The notes beneath the pieces are model-generated. The model searched no databases, was not told the origin of the DNA, and was given only the letters and a program-made list of their open reading frames with translations. From Methanomicrobia archaeon (lineage in GTDB: Archaea; Halobacteriota; Syntropharchaeia; Alkanophagales; Methanospirareceae), in NCBI GenBank assembly GCA_016930255.1, contig JAFGHB010000040.1, positions 5,187 through 69,186 of the forward strand: 64,000 nt of DNA, given 5' to 3'. Shown here one piece after another: positions 31,901-40,802 of the stretch. How positions within the stretch are numbered: position 1 is the first letter of the stretch; each line of letters begins with the position of its first letter. The position numbers were made by a program, and so were the translations under genes.

Positions 31901-34441
31901 ATTCTCCTTGTTCTCGATATGTACTGCTGAGCTGGGAACGTATAGCGCCTCGTCTTTCTGCACAGCCACATAGTCCACGTAAGCCGCGTCGTGCCCTCGC
32001 TGGGAGAGTCTGAGCGTGAGATTTCCCGCATCGTGCTCTAATTGAAGCTCACGCGTTTCATAATAAAAGAAGCTGAGTTCTCCCTGTTCGTCCCACGCCC
32101 CGTCGGTGAGTATGAGGACGTCAAAGGAATCCCCGCCCCCACCTGTATGGCCTGCTGCAGTGTTATTAATTAAGGTATTGTTATCGGAATTTTCAAGGAC
32201 AAAGCCGTCCAAATTGTTCGACTCAGCAGTGTTGTCAATCAGTTTATTGTCATGTGAATCTCCGGCCAGATAGAAGCCATATATGCCGTTTAAGTTTGCC
32301 GTGTTGTTTGTGACAGTATTGCCCGAAGAAGATGCTATGTAGATGCCGTAGTCGCTCTCCGAGGCATTGTTGTTTGCGAGTGTGTTGTTATTGCTCGTAT
32401 CGCTCGAATCCAACCAGTGGGATCCTAAGTAGATGCCCGCGCTCATTTGAACGCGGAAAGGGTTGGAATAGAACTCAGCTTCATTCGAGTTTGCGGTGTT
32501 GTTAACGATGTTGTTATTGCTCGAGCCTAACAGATAGATACTTGCCCAATTATTCGATGCGTTGTTGCTGGTTAATGTGTTGTTGTTTGCAGAATACAAG
32601 TAGATGCCCTCGTAGTTGTTATTAGCATTCACGTTTTCTATCCTTGAATTATTTGTGTAGGCAAGCATCACTCCCTGACAATTGTTTGTTAACGTTAAAT
32701 TCTTCACCGTTATATCGTTGGAGTTTACAATCCCCACAAAGCCTGCATCGCTCGGGACCGTTTCACCACTGTGGTCTACCCAGTAATAAATCGGTTTTCC
32801 ATCAATGGAATTTGTGGTGTCTATCTCCAGGATATAATCGGAAAGACTGAGGCCGCCAACACCGAAGTTGTATTCATTTCCCGAGAGCGTGTTATCGGTG
32901 AGCGTGCTGCCACCCGAATAATCCATCCAGACCCCCATTCCTTCGTTTGCGGTTACAGTGTTACTCGTAAGCGTGCTGCTGCTCGATTCCACAAGATAGA
33001 TACCTTGTTGGTTGTTTGAGACGGTGTTCTCAGTGAGAATGCTGTGGCTCGAATAAAGCAAGCTGATGCCCCATATATAATAGGCCACCTTATAGTTATT
33101 TGAAACCGTATTGTTCGTAATGATGCTGTATCCCGAATGCACCAGCTCGATACCTTCCCCGTTGTCAAAGACCCTATTGTCGGAAACAGTGTTATGCCAG
33201 GAATAATAAGACACGAAGATGCCTGCCCCGTTTGAGTTTAGGGTGTTACCGGTGATACTGGTGTTGTTACAGAAATACTGGGAAATTATGCCATAACTAT
33301 TTGATGAGGCATTATTGTCGGAAATCGTGTTATTGCTTGAATAATATTTCAAGCGGATGCCTGTGTAGCCATAGGATACGTTATTGTCGGAAATCGTGTT
33401 ACCGCTTGAATAATTATGCAAGCAGATGCCTTCGATGGCTGAGGATACGTTATTGTTGGAAATATTGTTGCTGCTTGAATTATACAAGTAGATGCCTTCG
33501 TCGCTGTGGGATACGTTGTTGCTGGAGATCGTGTTGCTGCTTGAATTTCCTAGGTAGATACCGCCACCCCAGTAGGAGTGGGCCTTATACATGCTCGAAA
33601 CGTTGTTGCTGGAGATCGTGTTGCTGCTTGAATTATACAAGTAGATGCATTCATCGCGGTTGCTCGAGAAATTGTTGCCGGAGATCGTATTGTTGTTTGA
33701 ATTAAGCAAGTAGATCCCCCTACCCATAATAGCAGAATAATTTAAGAGGGTATTACCGGTGATAGCACTGTCATTGCAGAATTCTAAATAGATGCCCGGA
33801 CCCGCCGTACCGTTGCCATCAAAGATGCAGTTCTTTATCATTGAGCCGGTTGAGTTATAGAGACTGATCCCCACACCTTTGAAAGATAACCCTTCTACCC
33901 GTATTGCTCCATGGATGTGTAGTTTAGCATCGTTCACCGTTACGTTAGGTTCAATTGTTAAGGTCGCACCCTCTTCTACTATTACAGGCCCTGATAGATT
34001 ATAAGGGCTGCTTGCCGCGGTCCAGGTAGTATTCACGGTGATAGTCCCGTGCACCCTTCCGGTTTTCGCACTTACGGTAGCATTTTCTTCTTTAATGAGC
34101 CCACCACTCGAATTATAAACGCATATTGCGTAGATGTATAACTCCCCCTTAGTTAGCCCGAATTCATCTCGGTAAAAGGTGAGTGAGCGATTATCCGTCG
34201 TAAAAATGGGGCTATCATTCCTGAAAATCCGGTATGTCGAAAAATCCGCTGACGGATATTTCGACCAGTTCAGATCGACTATCGTGTTTCCAACGTAAAG
34301 GGCTTCCAGGGACACGGGTGCTGCGCTCGCGGTACCGCTCATGCAAACAAGAGCGGTGAAAAGCAACACAACAATGAGCAACAGGAGTGAACATAAAACA
34401 ATCACTTTCTCGCCTACGCCTTTTTCTACACCTTCAGGCAT
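25922..34441 (-). CDS. giant (about 2839 aa) secreted cell-surface protein with many parallel beta-helix (PbH1-type) repeats and a lamin-tail domain
   Basis: Start at ATG 34441, preceded by GGGAGGTG 11-17 nt upstream. Signal/TM helix VIVLCSLLLLIVVLLFTALVCMSGTASA. Dozens of …NNTISxNNVSxxxxGIYLxNSSxNxIxxN… repeats. LTD motif …LNEVYPYPNATQGAKEEWIELYNAGESAVNLTGWRIVDGDGD… Extremely high density of N-x-S/T sequons. Confidence 0.85.
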   Translation of the reverse strand: MPEGVEKGVGEKVIVLCSLLLLIVVLLFTALVCMSGTASAAPVSLEALYVGNTIVDLNWSKYPSADFSTYRIFRNDSPIFTTDNRSLTFYRDEFGLTKGELYIYAICVYNSSGGLIKEENATVSAKTGRVHGTITVNTTWTAASSPYNLSGPVIVEEGATLTIEPNVTVNDAKLHIHGAIRVEGLSFKGVGISLYNSTGSMIKNCIFDGNGTAGPGIYLEFCNDSAITGNTLLNYSAIMGRGIYLLNSNNNTISGNNFSSNRDECIYLYNSSSNTISSNNVSSMYKAHSYWGGGIYLGNSSSNTISSNNVSHSDEGIYLYNSSSNNISNNNVSSAIEGICLHNYSSGNTISDNNVSYGYTGIRLKYYSSNNTISDNNASSNSYGIISQYFCNNTSITGNTLNSNGAGIFVSYYSWHNTVSDNRVFDNGEGIELVHSGYSIITNNTVSNNYKVAYYIWGISLLYSSHSILTENTVSNNQQGIYLVESSSSTLTSNTVTANEGMGVWMDYSGGSTLTDNTLSGNEYNFGVGGLSLSDYILEIDTTNSIDGKPIYYWVDHSGETVPSDAGFVGIVNSNDITVKNLTLTNNCQGVMLAYTNNSRIENVNANNNYEGIYLYSANNNTLTSNNASNNWASIYLLGSSNNNIVNNTANSNEAEFYSNPFRVQMSAGIYLGSHWLDSSDTSNNNTLANNNASESDYGIYIASSSGNTVTNNTANLNGIYGFYLAGDSHDNKLIDNTAESNNLDGFVLENSDNNTLINNTAAGHTGGGGDSFDVLILTDGAWDEQGELSFFYYETRELQLEHDAGNLTLRLSQRGHDAAYVDYVAVQKDEALYVPSSAVHIENKENVLYKIRTPEYDVCDAWNSTVEISWENVPENTTLVMRAMEEDLGKSHGSPLYYPLLRKGYTLSHTIVDDGGIKVDGVLEEREEPDFSVFWRPDTPHPDGYTYGWLHSDGAYLYAAVEVTPDNTPDEEDWGAIFVMVDGALREFRVSCMETEWGAIGFQYTSSVPYEHRIYEFKIPLGELNASVGDALRYGFGAYGTVGGMSSGIKLDGCNNTLSNNTLTNNYYGISGGGSENTITNNNVSMNYDGIVLFFSENNTVANNTASNNEDDGIGSYDSFYNTITNNTCSNNNGSGIYLDWSRTNIISNNTASDNLCYGICLDTSNDNRIINNTVNANLEFGIALVYSNDNLIYNNFFNNMHNAYDDGENTWNITRANGTNIIGGPCLGGNYWSDYPGEEVDGDELGDTLLPYNSSGNITHGGDYHPLMIDLYISNLVVPTLLVSGENATVNVTVHTNASFNVSNVTVRLVVNGMAIQNKTVDIPTNTSVNVSFDGWNVSWSIKGIKLSPFPFNITAIINPDNTVTDANKTNNTVTMEFPFGKGVKKADADGRGYLADSIESAVYAVPIAIWFDDDAKTSKKGTPTRHYNPITMSLNELLDIATEFDGIDYPNGTVFLSISNFTSNAEETFTAFWKNSSGIVIVNDTRESAIMGAPIASYLNWPMAPSSLLKNQMEAKKLIENLNITFILVIADDKTAVGAIINDTKNLNLEENRTLIVKGCAVEPLTNRGPTDLFNEVLEAFGDKSSSIVVTNSWANSSAAAAPLAAFYKSMILDVRDVVSTPVNYTNNSYAGLYPLTNLVRSTVDNAAHEHDLNGFISTYMATRTLLYIFRWQPATLYLVGDASSLPFGIEQEPFEFNPTDADKDWIASDYRYYHAHTNILPGGRMPLYSEDNVNYMARALQFAELDVGERGDWEREFLAVGIYNTDGKRRWADNRVWWLESVVWAGDKLNDSSKKGNLMQLYEKPSAHGGGLGSAWYAFDRTDWSRLHDHNDRWWKEAPIEYIPDLPQYHGQKSGFNDDYDYIADEPGFAAGTFTGYVEIFRDIDRDGEWGAGDQIVFEGDRAGLNADPGWIKPFPGDFEPFVDEEILDGTDNDGDGLVDEDISEFEYMEVDWLYDEDPAFTGVDNVPDVDDYLNSTDLIDTTLIKNLPGKGIVFYSGHSWTSTWDISNLNGYTYSKDAAGNTIWQATDTRSDDNVTLDVNEVPELSPSLVIAASCGSSRIWEKDCITTAFLRNGTLSYIGATAIAKAGASDELIPQVLDEIIREETIGCAYISAIDTLDRNDLWTKRYDSSQASVALTKHEFNLFGLSSVKIDPPASGDGKVSYGTPVFDSETQEWEVTITFDVPVPVEMNDFNGSVVEIYFTDIDRLMFDEDNYSALPLLYFEYDLPVGGNISNVSLANATVYKVYNISQPNVRPESKWEEEVNFSDIMEMELYTGELFPDVLFVNGSEYDPFTNRDRVFGSVTAWQVNGTINQTTVYDKLVLNLTYTAPIGVEETHVVDGNDLTVYATIVSTDGETHSVNPMLRIETGGGMLYEEIAAEGLEIGETPQPVTFEVSDIELPKYVGRAMVTEEEKLVAETSFTVAPSHIVLNEVYPYPNATQGAKEEWIELYNAGESAVNLTGWRIVDGDGDLNYTIPVNYTIPANDSDWDGVLEAGSYLVFHIGGTLDTSAEDLYGGFTSEVLYNTNESISLLSADGTGKDFVRYGNNTNEPPNGTSWTGTNPEAPVQGQSLGRDKESTDTDDGSDWENTGGADVDGPTPGLRNFKEVLLPIITSFAPPSPVNDTVCTWRTFNVTVNQTVNVSWYLNGSFLFTNESVTEASYRLHAEVVGEHNVSAIATNTNGTAMQTWVWNVVSEAVVFDTGSSANPYPSICGVHNGTITPDQTMIVQKLYTYSCPGTGGHTEYAAISYSNGTKIAEAYWKGYSEDWHNLSFNESFTLHANETYYYTIRTGSYPQIINEPSWNATGGVITCTSFEDANGEIHTNWIPAIRLY

Positions 34442-35089
34442 GTGATAGTTACACCTCCCGTACCGAAATATGTTCACATGTCCATATAAAACTTTAGCTT
34501 TTGACCTACAGATAGAATATTATATGCAAAAAATTAGGCAGGTAAGATAAGATCAAAAGGACGTTTTTAACTAATAAGGGGAAGTAGCCTCGATGAGGTA
34601 TAATAAGCTCTTCTATATTTGTACCGGTCTCAATTCCCTCGGGATGCAGCAGTCGTTCGATTCCAGAAGCTCAAAAAATCGTTATAAGAGGCTTCGTTCG
34701 TGTAGATCCGTTAATAAAAAGGGTAATGTCGTGAATAGAAGTTGGTTAGAGAGAAAAAGCGATGCCCATGCTGCCAGAAGAAGCTATGAAAAAGCGATGA
34801 ATACGGAAGAAAAAGAATGAAAAAAGACGGCTGAGACCAGTTGACAGCCTTATTTTTTCTAAATAAAAGGTATGATCCACTTTTCTAAATTATAAATGGC
34901 TATTAACGAATAAAAACACAAAATAAGCTCTAAAATTGCTCTATTCCGGCATTTTTACCAGTAAATACGTGTCCTAATCTCCCCCTCCGCATGCTTTTTC
35001 CTTACATGTACGAGCCTGCTCTACCTCCTCCGATCGCGTGTTAAGACTTATGTGCGCCGAACATAAACAAAAGACACGAGGATACTCAC

Positions 35090-36505
35090 GTGAATACCGA
35101 ACCATCTGTAAAGGGCAGTCCCGATGTGAGATCTCAGAAGAAAGAGGAAACAGAGGGCGTAAAGACCCTATTGGGCGATCCGAAGAAGGCCATTATCACA
35201 CTTGCATGGCCAATGATCGCGGCAATGTTCGTGCAAACAATTTATAATCTTGTCGATGCTGTCTGGGTTTCAGGTCTCGGTGCGGACGCGCTCGCGGCAA
35301 TTGGTTTCGTTTTTCCCTTCTTCTTCATGGCTATGGCATTGTCCAATGGCTTGGGTATAGGCGCGGGTTCAGCCCTTGCCCGTCGGATTGGCGCGCGGGA
35401 TAAAAAAGGTGCAGACAACGTAGCGGTTCATACGATCTGTATAATGGTGTTAGGTGTAGTGGCGTTTACCGTACCGCTCTTTCTCTTTACCGAAGAGTTA
35501 TTCGCGCTCATTGGTGCGGGTAAGACCTTAGGCATGGCGGTCGCGTATGGTCGAATTATCTTTGCCGGGAGTATTTTCATCTTCTTCACGAACATAGCGA
35601 ATGCGATACTGCGGGGCGAGGGTGATGCCAGGCGAGCAATGTATGCCATGGCGCTGGGCGCGGGTTTGAACATCGTTTTGGACCCCATTTTTATTTACAC
35701 CCTCGGTTTAGGGGTTGCCGGTGCCGCATGGGCTACCATACTCTCACTGGGCATCACCTCGGTTATCATGCTAAACTGGCTGCTTTTCAAAAAGGACACC
35801 TACGTCTCCTTTGATTTCCGCGGTTTTCGATGTGATAAAACGATTGTCAAGGATATCTTCGGCGTTGGCCTACCAGCGGCGGTGATGCAGCTCTCCATGT
35901 CGTTCACCATGCTGATACTCAATGTCATAATTGTCATGGTGGGTGGCACAGATGGGGTAGCAGTCTATTCGACAGGATGGCGTGTGGCAAGTATAGCGGT
36001 TCTACCGACGATCGGTATCGCCACCGCCGTCGTCCCGGTAAGCGGTGCTGCGTTTGGTGCGCGCTCCTTTGAGAAGGTGAGTATCGCGCATCTCTATGCG
36101 ACAAAAATGGGTTTTTTGATGGAGACGGCGATCGCGGTGGCAACCTTTGCGCTCGCACCGCAGATAGCTGCGGTATTTACACAAGTCGAGGCGGCAGCGC
36201 ATATAGCCCCTGATTTGACACTCTTCCTCCGAATAATCTGTCTGTTCTACCCCGCAATATCGTTCGGCATGCTCTCTTCCTCTGTCTTTCAAGGTACGGG
36301 GAAGGGGATGTACGCACTGCTTGTCACCCTTTTGCGGACGATCATTCTCACGCCGTTGCTTGCGGTTATATTCGCATTCTACCTCGAATGGGGCCTCGTG
36401 GGCGTCTGGTGGGGGCTGGTTGCCGCAAATATCACGGGTACAATGCTGGCATTCTCGTGGGCAAGGCTGTACATACGGGGGCTGTTGAAGGCGCAGACGG
36501 GTTAG
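35090..36505 (+). CDS. MATE-family multidrug/oligosaccharide efflux transporter
   Basis: 12-TM protein with …AWPMIAAMFVQTIYNLVDAVWVSGLGADALAAIGFVFP… and an internal repeat typical of MATE/MurJ-type transporters. Confidence 0.8.
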   Translation: MNTEPSVKGSPDVRSQKKEETEGVKTLLGDPKKAIITLAWPMIAAMFVQTIYNLVDAVWVSGLGADALAAIGFVFPFFFMAMALSNGLGIGAGSALARRIGARDKKGADNVAVHTICIMVLGVVAFTVPLFLFTEELFALIGAGKTLGMAVAYGRIIFAGSIFIFFTNIANAILRGEGDARRAMYAMALGAGLNIVLDPIFIYTLGLGVAGAAWATILSLGITSVIMLNWLLFKKDTYVSFDFRGFRCDKTIVKDIFGVGLPAAVMQLSMSFTMLILNVIIVMVGGTDGVAVYSTGWRVASIAVLPTIGIATAVVPVSGAAFGARSFEKVSIAHLYATKMGFLMETAIAVATFALAPQIAAVFTQVEAAAHIAPDLTLFLRIICLFYPAISFGMLSSSVFQGTGKGMYALLVTLLRTIILTPLLAVIFAFYLEWGLVGVWWGLVAANITGTMLAFSWARLYIRGLLKAQTG

Positions 36506-36527
36506 AAGCCGCGCACGGGCTTGCTTA

Positions 36528-37253
36528 TTACGTTTTGTATTTGTAATACCCTACCTCCTTCAAAATCGCTACCACTTCATCATCTTCGAGGTCATACCAT
36601 CGCTTATACGCATCAGCGACGGCAAAGGTTCTCCCCATTCGTATGTTCAAGCAGACAATCGTGTCGGCTTCTTTTCGAATCTTTTGGATAGCACTCAGCG
36701 AGGCGGTGGGCACGGCAACGACAATCTCCTCAGGCTTCTTTTTCCGCAATGATGTGAGTGCAACGAGCATGGTAAAGCCGGACGCTAAACCGTCATCAAC
36801 AACGATTGTCACTTTACCCGTAACATCAGGGAAGGGCTTATCGCTCCGAAACAACTTCAATCTCCGTTCAATTTCTTCTTGCTCCGCTGCGATACAGCGC
36901 TCGACCTCCTCGTGCGAAAGCCTGAGGAGTTCTAAGAGGGGCTCGTTAAATAAAATTGAGCCGTCCCACGCGAGCGCGCCGAAACCCGCTTCGCGATTCC
37001 ATGGTATATGGATCTTCCTCACGACCAACACGTCAAGAGGCAGATGTAACCGCGTTGCAAGCATGGCAGCGACGGGAACGCCGCCGGCCGGTATCGCGAA
37101 TATGACCGCATCCGTTCCCGTGTAATCCGTAAGCTTCTCCGCCAGTACCGTACCGGCGTTTGATCGATCCTCAAACACAAACGTTTTGTTTCGTAGTTGC
37201 GGCACTTCGATGAGGTTTCCACTTTTCCTTTCTCTCGCCATGGGCGACAGCAC
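36528..37253 (-). CDS. type I phosphoribosyltransferase-domain protein
   Basis: PRPP-binding motif VTIVVDDGLASGFTMLVAL and …AVIFAIPAGGVPVAAMLA…. Confidence 0.7.
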   Translation of the reverse strand: MLSPMARERKSGNLIEVPQLRNKTFVFEDRSNAGTVLAEKLTDYTGTDAVIFAIPAGGVPVAAMLATRLHLPLDVLVVRKIHIPWNREAGFGALAWDGSILFNEPLLELLRLSHEEVERCIAAEQEEIERRLKLFRSDKPFPDVTGKVTIVVDDGLASGFTMLVALTSLRKKKPEEIVVAVPTASLSAIQKIRKEADTIVCLNIRMGRTFAVADAYKRWYDLEDDEVVAILKEVGYYKYKT

Positions 37254-37274
37254 TCCTCCCGTAAACGGTGAGGC

Positions 37275-37769
37275 CTATTGTAGCTCCATCAGCTTGCGTT
37301 TCACCGCCTCGACGTGTCCTTTGACCTTCACCCGGGGCCACACATAGGCGATTTTACCCGCAGGATCTATCAAAAACGTGCTGCGAACAACGCCCCAGAA
37401 CTCGCGGCCGTATAATTTCTTCAACTGCCACACGCCGAACTTTTTCAAGACCGCTTGCTCACCGTCACTCAATAACGTTACCTTGAGGTTGTACTTCCCA
37501 GCGAATTTGGAGTGGCTTTCCACGGAATCGGCATTCACACCGAGAACGATGGCATTTAACTTCTCGAACTCGTCTAATGCGTCGGTGAAATCGGCAGCCT
37601 CACGTGTGCAGCCGCTGGTATTGTCCCGTGGATAGAAGTAGAGAACGACCCATATGCCTTTGAAGTCGCGCAGGCAAGCCTCCTTGTTATCCTTGTCGGG
37701 GAGGCAAAAGTCCGGTGCGAGGTCTCCAATCTTTAATTCCGCTGTTTGCACAGTCATCGTAACACCCAT
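37275..37769 (-). CDS. bcp: thiol peroxidase Bcp/PrxQ (peroxiredoxin)
   Basis: …WVVLYFYPRDNTSGCTREAADF… places the peroxidatic Cys in the TxxC context. 164 aa. Confidence 0.85.
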   Translation of the reverse strand: MGVTMTVQTAELKIGDLAPDFCLPDKDNKEACLRDFKGIWVVLYFYPRDNTSGCTREAADFTDALDEFEKLNAIVLGVNADSVESHSKFAGKYNLKVTLLSDGEQAVLKKFGVWQLKKLYGREFWGVVRSTFLIDPAGKIAYVWPRVKVKGHVEAVKRKLMELQ

Positions 37770-37865
37770 ATGCTCTCTTCTCAGCGGGGTACTTTCTTAC
37801 CCCTCCTGTAACTAGAGTATATACATAGATCCACGTATAAAGAGATAACTAAAAAGTGATTCACC

Positions 37866-39140
37866 ATGTTGAAACGGGCGCTGGGTCTCTGGCACATCAC
37901 TTTGATGAGCATCGGTGTCATTCTCGGTGCGGGCATTTATGTAATCATCGGCGAGGCTGCGGGCCTCAGTGGCACTGGGTTGTGGCTTTCATTCGTTTTC
38001 GCTGCGCTCGTTGCCTCGTTTACCGGTTTAAGCTATGCCGAACTCGCATCGCGGTTTCCCCATGCTGGAGCGGAATACGTTTACATTATGCATAGCTTCG
38101 GTCAAACGCTCGCATGGATCACCGGCTGGTTGCTCATTGTGAGTAGTATTCTAGCAGCGGCAACTGTAGCGGTCGGATTTGGAAACTACTGTTCTGCCCT
38201 CTTTCATACCCCAGTGATAGTCATTGCAATTGCCACCTTGTTGGTGTGCGGCCTTATTCTTATAGTGGGCATAAAAGAAACCGCGTTTATCACCATTCTC
38301 TTCACCGTGATTGAAGCGAGCGGTTTGATCATAATCATTTTCATCGGTGTGCCCTACCTGGGCTCGGTGAACTACCTGGAGCTTGCAAATGGCTTACAGG
38401 GGGTGATCAAAGCGGGCGTTTTGATCTTCTTCAGTTATATAGGGTTTGAGAGCATTGCGAGACTTGCGGAAGAAACCCGGGAACCTGAGCGTACCATACC
38501 CAAGGCGATTCTCCTCTCTATCGCGATAACGGCGGTCATTTACATCCTCGTTGGCATTGCTGCGGTAAGCGTTGTGCCGTGGCAGGAGCTAGCGCACGCA
38601 GAAGCGCCACTTGGGTTGGTTGCACAGCGCGTGTACGGCGATCAACTCTTTACCGTGCTCGCGGTCATTGCCTTATTCTCAACCTTTAATACCATGCTCG
38701 TCGTGCTGCTGAGTGGATCGCGCCTCGTTTACGGTATCGCGGAATACCGAGCGCTTCCTCGTGTATTCCTGTCCGTGAGCAAGAAACTTCGAACGCCATG
38801 GTTCGCTATCGTCAGCGTCGTGCTTGCCTCGCTCTGTTTCATCTTTGTGGGCGATTTGGCGACAATCGCGAATCTAACGAACTTCACCGTATTCCTCATA
38901 TTCCTCCTCGTTAACGCCGCGGTCATTTATCTCCGCTACAAAGAGCCGGTCGTTAGCGGCTTCAAAACTCCACTTACTATCGGTAAATTACCCCTTTTGC
39001 CGCTGTTTGGGTTAGTGACATCGCTCTTTATGCTCGTTAATCTCCCGCTTGATGTGCTCGCGATGGGCACCGCGCTTGTTCTTTTAGGCTTCGTTGTTCA
39101 CATCATCCTCAAGGTAAGCGTGAATGAGGAGTTATTTTGA
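37866..39140 (+). CDS. APC-family amino-acid permease
   Basis: MLKRALGLWHITLMSIGVILGAGIYVIIGEAAG… (GxG motif in TM1) and 12 predicted TM segments. Confidence 0.8.
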   Translation: MLKRALGLWHITLMSIGVILGAGIYVIIGEAAGLSGTGLWLSFVFAALVASFTGLSYAELASRFPHAGAEYVYIMHSFGQTLAWITGWLLIVSSILAAATVAVGFGNYCSALFHTPVIVIAIATLLVCGLILIVGIKETAFITILFTVIEASGLIIIIFIGVPYLGSVNYLELANGLQGVIKAGVLIFFSYIGFESIARLAEETREPERTIPKAILLSIAITAVIYILVGIAAVSVVPWQELAHAEAPLGLVAQRVYGDQLFTVLAVIALFSTFNTMLVVLLSGSRLVYGIAEYRALPRVFLSVSKKLRTPWFAIVSVVLASLCFIFVGDLATIANLTNFTVFLIFLLVNAAVIYLRYKEPVVSGFKTPLTIGKLPLLPLFGLVTSLFMLVNLPLDVLAMGTALVLLGFVVHIILKVSVNEELF

Positions 39141-39149
39141 GTGATGAAC

Positions 39150-39300
39150 AGTCGCTGGTGTTGTCTCGGAGGTAGAAGTAGAAAACGACCCATTTGTTAG
39201 TGAAGTCGTGCAAGCATATCTCCTTACCGTCCTTATCAATGAGGCAGAAACTCGGTGTAAGGTCTCCCATCTTCAAATCCCTTTGTTGCGCAGTTATGTA
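39150..39300 (-). pseudogene. 5' fragment of a bcp paralog (imperfect direct copy of 37620-37790)
   Basis: About 75% nucleotide identity to the bcp 5' end plus leader (…ggtagaagtagaaaacgacccat…aagtcgtgcaagc…). It would encode …LKMGDLTPSFCLIDKDGKEICLHDFTNKWVVFYFY… but the ATG is replaced by ATA and it is truncated after about 50 codons. Confidence 0.55.
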
Positions 39301-39327
39301 ACACCCCTTTGCTCAGCTTTAAGTTAG

Positions 39328-39825
39328 TCACTTTGGTATAATTTCTGATTCTTCCCATGTAGTATAGTTTAACGAGTATTTTTTCTTTGGAGGCTCTTTT
39401 AGCTGACCTAGATATTCCCATCTTAATTGTACTGATAGTTCATACTTCCCTGGCGTGATCCTGTCAGTTTCTAACTCTCCTACAAAGAACCAAAGCTTAT
39501 TTGTTGACCCGGGGAGTATATTTATCTGTGAGATCCTTTCGGTGTGAATAATATTGTATTTATTTCTGTAAAATGGATTATTCCAGTTTATCAACTCCGT
39601 AGAAGTGTTGTTAATCTCTACTTCTCCACTAACGTTTCTAGCGACATTCTTACCTTTGTTCTCAACGGTGAATCCGAAATATTTATTGGCGGGACTAGAA
39701 CGTTCCTTTTTTTCGGGATAAAGAATAAGTCTAGGCCTCTTGAGGTACTTCAGCACCGGGAAGAAACACACAACAGCCAAAGTAGCGACTGCTAAGGCTA
39801 CTTGTAGAACCGAAATATACTCCAT
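39328..39825 (-). CDS. hypothetical N-terminally anchored protein in AT-rich segment
   Basis: 165-aa ORF with N-terminal TM helix (VLQVALAVATLAVVCFFPVL). No recognisable family. Surrounding DNA is visibly AT-rich. Confidence 0.4.
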   Translation of the reverse strand: MEYISVLQVALAVATLAVVCFFPVLKYLKRPRLILYPEKKERSSPANKYFGFTVENKGKNVARNVSGEVEINNTSTELINWNNPFYRNKYNIIHTERISQINILPGSTNKLWFFVGELETDRITPGKYELSVQLRWEYLGQLKEPPKKKYSLNYTTWEESEIIPK

Positions 39826-39987
39826 AATTTTCTATACCAGCTCATAATATAAGTTCTATCCATACATTTGTTTTTGAAGTTGTATTTCATCTTTGTCAGC
39901 CGTATCAGATTTTCCTTTCGTTGGATGCTACACGATAATACTTTACTTCAAGAACTCAAAAGATTTATAGGCTTCGAACCGTAACGT

Positions 39988-40749
39988 TTGCTCATGCACG
40001 CCATTTCGCTCTTGCAAATCGCACCCACGCTGGCCGAGTTTTTCGGGGTGCCGCTGAACTCACCAGCCCGCCCGGTCGCGTCCATACGTAACTTTATGCG
40101 TGCTCGCAATCCTGATATGGTAGTATTAGTAGTGATCGACAGTCTCGATCTCCAGATTTATTCTGAGTTCGCCGTGGAATTGGAGGTGCTTCACCGGCTT
40201 GCCGAACGTGACGGGCTCCTCTTCTCTTGCGAGACGGTGAGCACGCATACAACACCAGCCATTGCGTCGCTTCTTACCGGTTTAGAACCCGAATCGCACG
40301 GGATCGTCGTGAGCGCCGACGTAGCGACATCGAAGATAAAATCCATTTTAGAGATACTCGACGATGAGGGCACGCCAACCGCAGCGGTACTCGACACGAA
40401 CGGTGCCGAACCGTTATTAGGACGGATGAGCTATGTCTTCGGCGTTGAGAACCGCGAGAACATAGTGGAATACGACGAGGAAATAAAGGCGCACACCCTC
40501 GCCGTAGTACAAAAGCAGGATGTACGGTTCGTGCTTGCGCATCTTCGTTCTATTGACCGGTTTACACATAGAGGCTGGGATTTACGTGTTGCCGCACGGA
40601 TCACCAACGGGAATATGGCGGTGATCGCAGAGGCGGTTCGCGATAGGGACGGAATGCTGTTTATCTGTGGAGACCACACGGCGCATCTTAAGGCGCGAAC
40701 AGCGGCACAAGGTAAAATTCCGGTACCGTTGATCGTTGCCGCGCCTTAA
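39988..40749 (+). CDS. alkaline-phosphatase-superfamily metalloenzyme (phosphodiesterase/nucleotide pyrophosphatase-like)
   Basis: …MVVLVVIDSLD… (N-terminal metal-binding Asp), …THTTPAIASLLTG…, …ICGDHTAH…. Confidence 0.5.
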   Translation: MLMHAISLLQIAPTLAEFFGVPLNSPARPVASIRNFMRARNPDMVVLVVIDSLDLQIYSEFAVELEVLHRLAERDGLLFSCETVSTHTTPAIASLLTGLEPESHGIVVSADVATSKIKSILEILDDEGTPTAAVLDTNGAEPLLGRMSYVFGVENRENIVEYDEEIKAHTLAVVQKQDVRFVLAHLRSIDRFTHRGWDLRVAARITNGNMAVIAEAVRDRDGMLFICGDHTAHLKARTAAQGKIPVPLIVAAP

Positions 40750-40802
40750 CGTACCGAGAAGAAACTTAAAGCCGTGTGCTTGTAGTATGTAAAGTACTGA
40801 AA

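Noticed and set aside
34593-34820. 75-aa ORF in the AT-rich spacer upstream of the giant surface-protein gene
   Set aside because: The sequence is low-complexity and basic with no family. It lies in the likely promoter region of the divergent genes.
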